A stretch of DNA of 64,000 bases. It comes from the human T2T-CHM13v2.0 reference genome, Homo sapiens. The notes below the pieces were generated by a model. It ran no database searches. It was not told the DNA's origin and saw only the letters and a list, made by a program, of their open reading frames with translations. A program made the translations under genes and the position numbers. Location: assembly GCF_009914755.1 (NCBI RefSeq), contig NC_060934.1. The stretch is one strand, 5' to 3'. The stretch's first letter is position 1. Each line of letters starts with the position of its first letter. Shown here in pieces: positions 13,406-26,689 of the stretch.

Positions 13406-13414
13406 AATCACACA

Positions 13415-13715
13415 AGCAACGTCCCTCGGCAGTGGGTGCAGGGGGCAGCCAGGGAGTTCAGGCACCTGCTTCCTGCTCACGTGGTTCCCACAGCAGTGGT
13501 ACCAGTGCACAGCCACTGTGGGCTCGGGAAGCTCCATGTGCATTTGCTTCTCCAGCTTCATGACTGAAATAATCTCATGCAGTTTTAACATCGGGATTAA
13601 CGTGCTTTTCTCCTTTTGCTACTCTATGTCCTCTATCATATTTGTAGCCAGTTCTCTGTATTAAAATTCCTTCCTCAGAAGTGCCTAGGAAAGTTTTTGC
13701 TTTCTGGATTAGACA
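13415..13715 (+). mobile_element. ERVL LTR fragment (LTR33-like)
   Basis: GC-richer block ending ttctctgtattaaaattccttcctcagaagtgcctagg...tttctgg, like an ERVL LTR 3' end. Confidence 0.45.
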
Positions 13716-14390
13716 TTTTCTACACAAAGAATGTAAAAAGATATTTCAGGAAAATTCTAACTGAAAGAAAGCTTATGCTGAAAAATGGACTTAAAGTAAT
13801 AAAAATTATTAGGCATCAAGAGAGTCACTATGCAGTGATGAAGTGTTCGTGTCAAGATGACATAAGAATTTTAAATATGTCTACACCTAGTGTAATGGTC
13901 TCGAAACGTGGAAGGCAAATATTGATAGAATTCTAGGGAGATTTGAAAAATCATCCATATATTATTAACTTCAAAATGCTTCTCTTAATTATAAATATGT
14001 AAAGCAGACAAAAAATAAGCAAGAATATTGAAAATAAAAACAACTCAATTGAGCTTACATTCAATATTTAGAGAATGTACATTATTTTCAAGCACACAAG
14101 GAATATTAGAAATTTGATCAGGCACTATCTGATAAAGCAAACAGCAATAAAATCCACAGCATATGCATTACAGACTTCATGTTTGTTCGACATAACTAAA
14201 TTGAAGCTAAAATAAAATATCTAAACTTAGAAACCCTGCATATTTTGAAATTTTAAAAAACTAAAAACTTATGGTTTAAATAATAAACTATAATAGAAAC
14301 AAAATTCCTAGAATTATATAATAAGTACACTACATATCAACATTTAGAGATGTGCCAGACCATTAAAGAAGCAAAAGATGGAAAAATCTG

Positions 14391-14737
<347 letters not shown>

Positions 14738-15751
14738 TAAAAATAAAACAAATAATATTTTAAATATAAAGAGAACATAAATAATCTGAATTGAATAATA
14801 TGACAGAGCTATCAACAAGCAGATAGCAAAAATTTAAAAAACATTTCAAAAGTCATAAAAATATAACATTAAAACTGCCACTAGAAGAAATAAAGCATAG
14901 CAAAATTGAAGCAAGTTATAAATCTTCTGAAGAAAAAAATATATACTGAGATAATTTTGGCCATAAGTCCTACCAAGCTTTTCAGGTACAAATTGTCTCA
15001 ATCTTTTACCAATGATCCAAGACATGGATGGGAGGAGTCTTTGTCAGCTCACTTTTTAAGGTTAGCATGACCTTTATACCAAATCCAAACACTGGCAGTT
15101 GGAAAGAGGACAGTTAACATACTGCTTGCTCATTAATACAGATTCAAGAACATTAAATAAAATATTAGCAAAATGAATCACACCTTATAAAAAGACAACC
15201 AAATGAGATAACCAAATGACACACCACTTGTGTGTAAAGCACATATTTCACCATATTAATACATTAAAAATCATAAAACCATCTCAATAGATTGAGGAAA
15301 CCCTAAAATACTATCCGACATACTTTCATGATTATAAACTTTAGTAAACTAGGAGTAGAAGGAAATTTTTTAAATCTGATAAAAGGTACCTATAAAAATA
15401 CTCTAATATATTTTTATCATATCAAATGAGGGAAAATTATTAGTCTTCTCATTATTCTTACTTCCACTTGGCATGGATTTTCTCAATAGCACAATAATTA
15501 ATCAATATATTAATTGTTTTTAGTAATATTATAATTAATAATAATTAAGTGAAAAATATTAGGAAAGAGGAAATTAACCAGCCCTTATTTCCAAATGATG
15601 AAATCTTTTACATAGACAAATCAAAAGATCATATAAATGAATTAGAAATGATGGACAAAATTCATTTATCCATTTATTTTATTATTTGTGTTTAAATTGC
15701 AAATGTCTATCAACTACCAAAAAATAATAAAAAAAAATTTAAATGCCATTT

Positions 15752-18665
15752 AATAGACACAATAATAAATGAAAAAGGGGATATCATCACTGACCCCACA
15801 GAAATACAAACTATCATCAGAGAATACTATAAACACCCCTATGCAAATAAACTAGAAAATCTAGAAGAAATGGATAAATTCCTGGACACATACACCCTCC
15901 CAAGACTAAACCAGGCAGAAGTCAAATCCCTGAATAGACCAATAAGAAGTTCTAAAATTGAGGCAGTAATTAATAGCCTACCAACCAAGAAAAGCCCAGG
16001 ACCAGACAGATTCACAGCCGAATTCTACCGGAGTTTCAAAAAGGAGCTGGTACCATTCGTTCTGAAACTATTCCAAACAATTGAAAAGGAGGGACTCCTT
16101 CCTAACTCATTTTATGAGGCCAGCTTCATCCTGATACCAAAACCTGGCAGAGACACAGTGAAAAGAAAACTTCAGGCCAATATCCATAATGAACATCAAT
16201 GCGAAAATCCTCAATAAAATACTGGCAAACCGAATCCAGCAGCACATCAAAAAGCTTATCCACCATGATCAAGTCAACTTTATCCCTGGGATGGAAGGCT
16301 GGTTCAGTGTATGCAAATCAATAAACATAATCCATCTCATAAACAGAACCGATGACAAAAACCACATGATTATCCCAATAGATGCAGAAAAGGCCTTTGA
16401 TACAATTCAACATCCCTTCATGTTAAAAACTCTCAATAAACTAGGTATTGATGGAACATATATCAAAATAATAAGAGCTATTTATGACAAACCCATAGCC
16501 AATATCATACTGAATGGGCAAAAGCTGGAAGCATTCCCTTTGAAAACCAGCACAAGACAAGGATGCCCTCTCTCACCACTCCTATTCAACATAATATTGG
16601 AAGTTTTGGCCAAGGCAATCAGGCAAGAGAAAGAAATAAAGGGCATTCAGATAGGCAGAGAGGAAATCAAATTGTGTCTGTTTGCAGACGACATGATTCT
16701 ACATTTAGAAAACACCACCGTCTCAGCCCAAAACCTCCTTAAGCTGATAAGCAACTTCAGCAAAGTCTCAGGATACAAAATCAATGTACAAAAAGCACAA
16801 GCATTCCTATACTCCAACAATAGACAAGCAGAGAGCCAAATCATGAATGAACTCCCATTCACAATTGCTACAAACAGAATAAAATGCCTAGGAATACAGC
16901 TTACAAGGGATGTGAAGGACCTCTTCAAAGAGAACTGCAAACCACTGCTCTAGGAAATAAGAGAAGACACAAACAAATGGGAAAATACTTCATGCTTATG
17001 GATAGGAAGAGTCAATATCATGAAAATGGCCAAACTGCCCAAAGTAATTTATAGATTCAATGCTATTCCCATCAAACTACCATTGACATTTTTCATAGAA
17101 TTAGAAAAAACTACTTTAAATTTCATATGGAACCAAAAAAGAGCCTGTATAGCCAAGACAATCCTAAGCAAAAAGAACAAAGCTGGAGGCCTCACACTAC
17201 CTGACTTCAAACTATACTACAAGGCTACAGTAACCAAAACAGCATGGTACTGTTATCAAAACAGATATATAGACCAATGGAACAGAACAGAGACCTCAGA
17301 AGTAACACCACACCTCTACAATCATCTGATCTTTGACAAACCTGTCAAAATCAAGCAATGGGAAAAGGACTCCCTATTTAATAAATGGTGCTGGGAAAAC
17401 TGCCTAGCCATATGCAGAAAACTGAAACTGGACCCCTTCCTTGCACCTTATACAAAAATTAACTCAAGATGGATTAAAGACTTAAATGTAAAACCCAAAA
17501 CGATAAAAATCCTAGAAGAAAACCTAGGCCATGCCATTCAGGACATAGGCATGGGCAAAGACTTCATGAATAAAACGTGAAAAGCAATTGCAACAAAAGC
17601 CAAAATTGACAAATGGGATCTAATTAAACTAAAGAGCTTCTGCACAGCAAAATAAATTAGCATCAGAGTGAACAGGCAACCTACAGAATGGGAGAAAATT
17701 TTTGCAATCTACCCATCTGACAAAGGTCTAATATCCAGAATGTACAAGGAACTTAAGCAAATTTACAAGAAAAAAACAAACAACCCCAGCATAAAGTGGG
17801 TAAAGGATATGAACAGAAATTTCTCAAAAGAAGACATTTATGTGGTCAACAAACATATGAAAAAAAGCTCATCATTACTAATCATTAGAGAAATGCAAAT
17901 CAAAACCACAATGAGACACCATCTCATGCCAGTCAGAATGGTGATAATTAAGAAGTCAAGAAACAATAGATGCTGGTGAGCTGTGGAGAAACAGGAGCCC
18001 TTTTACACTATTGGCGGGAATGTAAATTAATTCAACCATTGTGGAAGACAGTGTGGTGATTCCTCAAGGATCTAGAAACAGAAATACCATTTGACACAGC
18101 AATCCCATTACTGGGTATATACCCAAAGGAATATAAATCATTTTACTATACAGACACATGCACACATTTGTTTATTGCACCACTATTTACAATAGCAAAG
18201 ACATGGAACCAACCCAAATGCCCACCAATGATAGACTGGATAAAGAAAATGTGGTATATATACACCATGGACTACTATGCAGCCATAAAAAAGAATGAGA
18301 TCATGTCCTTTGCAGGGACCTGGATGAAGCTGGAAGCAATCATCTTCAGCAAACTAACACAGGAACAGAAAACCAAACACCACATGTTCTGTCTCATAAG
18401 TGGGAGTTGAACAATGAGAACACATGGACAAAGGGAGGAGAATATCACACACCCAGGGCCTGTCGTGGGGTGGGGGAAAGGGGAGGGAGAGTATTAGGAC
18501 AAATACCTAATGCATGCGGGGCTTAAAACCTAGACGATGGGTTGATAGGTACAGCAAACCACCATGGCACATGTATACCTATGTAACAAACCTGCACATT
18601 CTGCACATGTATCCTGGAACTTAAAGTAAAATTTAAAAAGTAATAAAAAACAAACAAACAAAAAA
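15752..18665 (+). mobile_element. 5'-truncated L1PA (L1PA8-like), about 2.9 kb
   Basis: High-identity ORF2 pieces and 3' UTR attaggacaaatacctaatgcatgcggggcttaaaacctaga...cctggaacttaaagtaaaat; A-rich tail; TSD at 15730-15753 and 18859-18882. Confidence 0.93.
15870..18225 (+). pseudogene. Disrupted LINE-1 ORF2p (reverse transcriptase and C-terminal region)
   Basis: ORFs 15870-16217, 16189-16953 ([15 protein letters not shown]), 17020-17580, 17668-17979; separated by frameshifts and stops; endonuclease domain absent. Confidence 0.92.
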
Positions 18666-20104
18666 CCTTCATGTTTATCATTGCCTGTAAATGTTGGAAT
18701 TTGAAGTAAAGGCAAATATGTGTATCAATGGAAATTCAACATGAATAGAAAGTTGTGAATCCTTGTCTTATTTGTAAGAAATTCCTTGCTTTATCAACTA
18801 AGTTAATATAATTTCAAATTGGGATACTCACCAAATCAAATAATAAATCCACGTCAATAAAAAAAATTTAAATGCCATTTAAAGTGGTAGAAATAAGAGT
18901 AGCAGGACCTAATAATAATTCTAACAAGAAGTGTAATCTTCCACAAGAAGATTCTAGATGGCAGAGACATTAGAGATGGCCTAAGTAACTAGAGATACAC
19001 ATGGTGATCATAACAATGAAACAACTCCTTGACTATCACCTGTTTAAAAGTTAATCTATAGATTCACTATGACTCCAATCCAAGTCCCAACAGGATTTTT
19101 TTTTTTTAAACTTGACAAACTGATCCTGAAATTTAGGTGAAAAAATAAAGTTCCAAGAATAACCAGCGTATTTCAAAAAATAGTGAAAGGAATCCTGTCC
19201 TCATCAGTATCAATCCCATAATAACTGAGGCAGTGTGGAATTGGCCCCAAAATATATTATCAAGAAGAAAAAAATTAAAAACTCACAAGGAGATCTGTGC
19301 ATATTGGAACTTTGGTATGGGAGACACGTAGTGAGCAAACCAGGCCAACGAAGGAGAGAAAGGGGGCTGAAAAATAGTTATCCAAATAAACGAAAGTAAA
19401 ATTGCATCCTGATCTCACGTCACTTCTGTACATAAAAATATATTTCAGATTAATACTTTAAATGTCTAAAAAGGAAACAAAATTTTAGTAGAAAATATAG
19501 TTGAGAAATTTGTGGACATCAAAGTTTAAACAAGAACCAAAACATACTATTATACAAAAAATGACTGAAATTTGACTAAATTTTAAAATTAGAAGTTTTT
19601 GATCATCAAAGGACACCTTGTGAGGTAGTTTTAAACAGGGAAACAATATTTGTCATATGCACAACCGACAGTATCAACATAGATACGTAATGTGTAGGAA
19701 CGCCTTTAAATCTATAAGAAAAGTCCGTATCACCGTATTTTTCTTAAAGGAGAAAAAAAATCATGAATATGCTCTTCACAGAGCAGAAGGCTCTTCTGGT
19801 AAAAAGCTCATATGAACAGATATTTACATTCATTAATGACCAGGAATACATAAAGGAAGATGAAGTAAAATACCCTGTTACACCGCACAAATTCACAAAC
19901 TCCCAAGTGCAGGGGTTCGAAGCCAAAAGCCTCTTTAGGGATAAAACTTGACGGAAGAATCATATTTTCCTAAAAAGTTACCTTGTTTGTTTAATGGTGG
20001 TTAACGTTAAAATCATCCTGTGTCCAACTGCCTGTGTGTCCCCTGACGGGAAGGTCCTTTCTCAAGGCACCCTGCTCTGCCATGTACAGTTCCCTGGATC
20101 CGTT

Positions 20105-20600
20105 CTAGGCCACCACTCCCTCCCTCCACTAGCACCTCTGGCTCCCACCAGGCTCCCAGCAAACCACGCCCACCGGCCTCCCACCCCATCCTGCCCACCC
20201 CCACCTCTCCTCTCCTTGCCCCCAGGCTCTCGTCCCTGCCTCACCTTGTCCATTCTCCACCCACCCTCTTCGCCCAGGCTCTCGCCCGTCCCACCCTCCC
20301 CATCCCCACCCCATCTCCCCATACTCCCAGCACCCAGGCTCTTTCCCCTACCTCCCCACCCGTTCCACTGCCTCCCCTCTTCCCCAGTGCCCCTCCACAC
20401 CCAGTTCTCTCCCCTGCCCTACCCTGCCCATCCCCCACCCATCCCCCTCACCCAGGCTCTTGCCCTTGTCCCAACCTGCCCATGCCCCCACCCACAGACC
20501 TCCCTGCCCATCCCTGCCTTGCCCAGGCTCTCGCCCCTGCACTGTGTTGCCCATTCCACTTGCCCATCTCCCATGCCCAGGCCTCAAAGCCCCTGCCAAT
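20105..20600. repeat. C-rich degenerate minisatellite with recurring CCCAGGCTCT motif
   Basis: Motif at 20221, 20273, 20333, 20400 (variant), 20451, 20522, 20576 (variant); C-run spacers. Confidence 0.8.
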
Positions 20601-21894
20601 GCCTCTCTTAGGCTGTTATTCCTGCCTCACTTTCCACAAGGACATATATCTTTGGGGAACCAAGACTAATAAATTTGGACTTAGCAGAGGGAGCAAGGAG
20701 AATCTGGGGCTTGACCACTCTCCTGCTCATGGGTGCTCCTATCAGGGCCATTGTGCTTTCGATTTTCAGCTTGTGTCTATTTCAACAAAGTCAGCGTTTC
20801 CTGGGTCAAACTTGGCAGATTTACATTTTTGTCAAAAGATTTTATTTTTCTATCACTTTTTAATTAGTAACATATTACGCCACGGGTGGTAACATATTAT
20901 ACCATGTTTCAATTAGTAACATATTATACCTATTAGCAGCTGGGGCTTTTACTTAACGGGGGTGGATTTTTCTAACAGTATTCATTATTAATTACTTAAA
21001 AATTAACTTAGTTTATGTTACTTCTTAACAAACCCAAGTGTCAGACTGAGCAATTCTGCCGTAGACAGACACAGAAAGGCTCAGTAAGAGATCACAAAGG
21101 CAGAGAAGCTGCAGATGTTCTGAGAGTCCTTGTTGCTAAACCCTTGAATGCTTGGCAGGGTCCCAGTGTGGCCTACATACTTCCCTTTGCATGAAAACGT
21201 GCTCCTTCCGTAGCCATGCCCAGTAAGCTGCAGTCAGGGTGCATCTGTCTGGTGTGGCTTAGTCTCCTCCCCTAGGAAGCCCTGCTGCCAGCCTCAAACA
21301 GAAGGAGACAGGAGGCTCCCTGGCGCCTCTATCAGAGGCCTGTGGGCCAGCCTCAACTTGCAAGGGCTCTGAGTGATTGTGCTACTCTTGAGGATCTGTG
21401 AAGCCTGCGGCCAAAACCAATCTCAGTGCAAAAACCATACTGGAACCCTTCCATTCATGCATTCATTCATTCACTCCTGTGTGATGCATTCTGACCATCA
21501 CTCAACAAGCCTGTAGTGAGTTTTACAGTGTGCTGTTGTCAAATGTGGCAAATGGAGTGGATATGCCATAATACCAAACTTCACCATGCTTAATTCATCA
21601 AACCAAGAAGCAGTAAATCTATTGAATTCCCAAGAAGCCACGGAGAGCAGAGCAGCCACCAGGATTCTCCTTGTATTAAACTCTCCAAGAGCCTGTGATC
21701 AAAGTGACTCAGGGGACAGAGAGCTCACTGCTCAGCACAGGAAGCCCACAGCATTGAGTGGTTACCTTCAGTGAACTAGAGAAACTCCAATCACCTCCCC
21801 TTCTCCTCCTCTCACAGCCAGGATACCCAGGGGCGGGAGGTGCCAGGCCTAAATGCCTTTTGATGCTTAGAAAAATTCCTTATAAAGCTATTCA

Positions 21895-21897
<3 letters not shown>

Positions 21898-21939
<42 letters not shown>
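21898..21939. repeat. (GT)21 microsatellite
   Basis: Perfect dinucleotide run. Confidence 0.98.
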
Positions 21940-21941
<2 letters not shown>

Positions 21942-22939
21942 GTCAGGGTTTAATAAAAGTCTGTACAACAGCCAAATTTCCAAAATGTTAGGAACCCACA
22001 AATAAGTGGCTTACCTCCTAGAGTCTTTCTTCTGTTTTTCATGTCACTGACAATTGAGATGTTAGAATCGCCAAGTTAAATGTGAGAGACAGCCATGGTA
22101 TAGCCACTCCCGCTCCCCAACTCCCCTGGTTCTCCTACACTCCCCACAGAAAAGGGCTCTTCCAGGTCCTGAGCAGGGCCCCACACCCAGGACATGTCCT
22201 TCGAGGTTCAAGTGCATTTATTTACTAAGTAGGATCCACCTCTACCCACTAATTAGAGTCAACACGAGACTCAGACGCGGGTGGTTGGGGCAGCTCCTTC
22301 TCCCGCCCCCTCCCACACATCACTCCTGGTTCCTGGTGCTTGTGTCTCATCCTGGCCAAGGCCATGATCAGCTCTCTTTTTCTCATTTCAGCCTCGACTT
22401 GCCCAGGCCTTGGCCCACTGATCCCAAGTCTTTTCTGGTGCCTTACCCCCCTTTCTAGTTTCTTCTTGCACTTCTATTATTTTTGTCTAAAACCAACTAT
22501 ACTCCCTTTTTCAGGGAGCTCCTCTTGTCTCTCCCTGCTTTTTAAAAGGAGTGGTGAGCCTTACAGGTAGGATCCTGAAGGATTTGTTCACTCCAATTCC
22601 AAAGCTGTGGATGGGGCTGGAGATGGCTGTGCCTGGCAGGAGGATCACAGGTGGGGAGCACAGACTTCTGGGGAGCCCAGTGTGTGTCAGCAAGGAAATG
22701 GCACAGTGGAGACAGGACTCTACAAGAAGATGGGGGAGAGCTACTCAGCAGGTGTTTGGATGTAAAACTTTAGGGAGAAAAAGAGTTTTCTCAAGAGAAT
22801 TTTGGTAAAGGTTTTCTGTGCATTGTGCTATGTAAAATCTACGCTCTCCGTTCTAGATAACTTATGATAAAAAGCTTGATCGTTCTCATGGTTTGGAGGA
22901 AATCAGATACCTCTTTGGTAGACACAGCAGACTATATAG

Positions 22940-23092
22940 TCTTCCTTTCCTCTCCCATTCTCTCCCCTCCCTCCCTTCCTCCCTCCCTCCCTTCCTTCCA
23001 TCCTTCCTTCCTTCCTTCCTTCCTTCCTTCCTTCCTTCCTTCCTTCCTTCTTCCTTCCTTATTCCTTATTATTCCTTCTTCCACTCTTTCTT
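22940..23092. repeat. (CCTT)n / polypyrimidine tract
   Basis: About 150 bp near-pure pyrimidine with a perfect CCTT core. Confidence 0.95.
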
Positions 23093-23224
23093 GTAGGATT
23101 ACTGCATTTTCTTGCAATCTTAAGAAAGCAGCAGTGGAGAGTTGGGGTTGGGGTGATATAGCTGAGACCTTTCGTAACATAAATCCTGAGATCTTGGCAA
23201 ACCAGAGACTGTAAAACAACTGTT

Positions 23225-23400
23225 TTCAGTTCTAGCCCTGCACCTTGCTTGCTCTGTTTTTTTTTTTTTTTAACAAATCACTCAACTTCTCTAAGCCTCA
23301 GTGTCTTCAATTTAAGTGAGGATAATAAATGTCTCTTTATATTGTCACTGTGAGGGTTAAATAATACAATAATGAGTTTGTTTATTTAAATTACAAAGTG
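23225..23400 (+). mobile_element. MIR SINE
   Basis: caaatcactcaacttctctaagcctcagtgtctt core. Confidence 0.75.
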
Positions 23401-24014
23401 ATTATATTTTAACCGATTCTTATAATTCGTCAGAACGCCTTTTCTGAAATCCACTGATGTAATTTGCAGAACACGTTTTTTAAAAGAGCCACCATTACTC
23501 CAATGTTTTATTCTAGCCTCAGTGAATCTGTGTCAAGGCATCAGCCCAGCCTGCCTTCCTTGTCTTGGCCCTTGGTGCTGCTGCTGTGTCTCTGGCACAT
23601 CGGGAGGACCAGGGGAAGGAGGAGAGCTCTGGAGCCTGGTGTGGAGGCAGGGAGCATTGCCAAAGCAATATGCTCAGGGAAGCCAGAGGCAACAGAGAAA
23701 TGTGGTTTTACTTTTTTGAGCTAAGAAGTTTTAGAAAATAATTTCCCCATTTTTTTGATGTGATGCCTGAAGGAAAATAATAATAAAACAAAACTGGAGG
23801 AGGGCAGATTATCTGCCAAATGACATTTTCCCCTATTCTTTCTGCTTCTATTCCTAGAAAAAAAGAAATTGAAAACTGCAGGGAAAGTGTTGGCAGCATC
23901 CCAGACTTTCTTGTTTTGCTGCTAATCACTCTGACAGCGGATTTCTTTTTCAGAGGATGAAAGGCCAATGCCTCCACCCTGCTGTTGTCTTTAGACAATA
24001 AGGAAATATGATGA

Positions 24015-24215
24015 TGGTGACATTTATTAGTTGCTTGCTACGTGCAGGCAGCATGCAGAATACCTTGCCATAGTGATGGTGATTTGTCCTTGCAACAGTA
24101 CCATGGGGCTGGCCTAAAGTGAAGACCCCAGGCTCAGCATGGAAGTGATACAGCTAGGATGCGGACTCATGCCTGGCCACACTGAGTCATTCTGAAGCAT
24201 GATGCTGCCTTCCTG
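24015..24215 (-). mobile_element. MIR SINE (degenerate)
   Basis: gacatttattagttgcttgctacgtgcaggca...aggctcagcatggaagtga. Confidence 0.5.
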
Positions 24216-25069
24216 ATTTGGAAACTACAAACAATTTTAAATCTTCAGATTCAGAATTTCAAAATGCGCAACCCCAAACCATAGATACAAAAGAACTGGA
24301 AGCCACAACAAAAGCCCTTCAGTTCACCTTCTTACTTTACTGCAATCACCCAGCACTGTGAAGCTAGTCATATTTGAGCACAGGAAGCTAATCCAAATCA
24401 CGAAAACCCCTCTGAAGATCTGGTTTCTAATGAATAAAAATAGCTTATGCTGAAGATCCAGTAGCACTCCTCCGGACTACTTCAGTAATACCTTGCATAC
24501 TTAAAGAGTCTTCCTACTCTTTCTGGTTTTTGAAGGAATGGAATAAGAAGTGATTTGGGGATAGGATTTGTTAATGGTCCAAACTCATTGAAACAGGCCA
24601 AGGAAAACTAGAATTCTCTGCCCAAGGGCAGCTACCTGATACTGACCCTTCGGCCACCCTGCCTGCCTGAGGATTTCCTAGTGCAGCCTGTAAAAGAGAT
24701 GGCTTACATGGCTCCACATGGAGGAAAGCCATGATTAAGTATTATAATAAGAATGTGTGCTGCACTTCACAGTTTATAATGATTGTGGATATCATGGAAA
24801 CTCTCCACCATGTCCATTAGGCCCCTTCCAGATGGACACACTCTCCCTTCTCCACAGCGCATCCTGGCTGCCGCCCAGGGCAGGGGAGCGCTGCCAGCAT
24901 GACTCCTCTCATGACTGTCTCCCTTCCTCGCCAATTCTGTATGTCTTTCCAAGGGCCAGCTGTCTTCTTCCCCACACTTGATTATGCCAGTTGTACTTAC
25001 ATTAATTATAGAATGTAATACTTTGTAAACTGATGAAGTAGGGGGTAAATGAAATGCATGTGTGGAAAG

Positions 25070-25546
25070 AGATATTTATCAAATCTAAGACATTGTCAGT
25101 TTTGAGGCAACCAACAATTTTATGTATCACTCAGAAAAATTACCAACAATTAAACCATGAGATGTCATTGATTTCAAGAATATTCCTATTACAGAGAACT
25201 TAAAATGTGGGTAAAAAGTGCATGTTAGAATTAATGAAATATGAGGCCAGGCACGGTGGTTCACACCTGTAATCCCAGCACTTTGAGAGGCCGAGGCGGG
25301 TGAATCATGAGGTCAGGAGTTCGAGACCAGCCTGGCCAACATGGTGAAAACCCATCTATACTAAAAATACAAAAAATTAGCTGGGCGTGTTGGCGGGTGC
25401 CTGTAATCCCAGCTACTCAGGAGGCTGAGGCAGGAGAATCACTTGAACCCGGCAAGCAGAGGTTGCAGTGAGCCATGATCATACAGCCCAGGCAACAGTG
25501 TGAGACTCTGTCTCAAAAAAAAAAAAAAAGAATTAATGAAATATGG
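25070..25546. mobile_element. MER104/Kanga (TcMar-Tc2) MITE, split by Alu at its end
   Basis: atttatcaaatctaagac...ttaaaatgtgggtaaaaagtgcatgttagaattaatgaaatatgg + TA matches recalled MER104 termini. Confidence 0.65.
25245..25528 (+). mobile_element. AluS (Sg-like)
   Basis: Alu dimer with poly(A); perfect 17-bp TSD agaattaatgaaatatg (25227-25243, 25529-25545). Confidence 0.95.
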
Positions 25547-25554
25547 TATGTTGA

Positions 25555-26600
<1,046 letters not shown>

Positions 26601-26689
26601 GAGACTATGAGAGATGTAATTCTGCACAACTGAGGTTCAGTGAAAAGAATCAGCATATAGGTCAAGTGGACTTTTAAGTGCCCTCATTT

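Noticed and set aside
15752-18665. Potentially active L1
   Set aside because: 5'-truncated (no promoter, ORF1 or endonuclease) with multiple frameshifts and stops
20105-20600. CRISPR-like repeat/spacer appearance and Pro-rich 205-aa ORF (19994-20611)
   Set aside because: The repeat is only about 10-15 bp, spacers are low-complexity and related, there are no cas genes and the DNA is primate; the ORF is a by-product of C-rich stop-poor sequence
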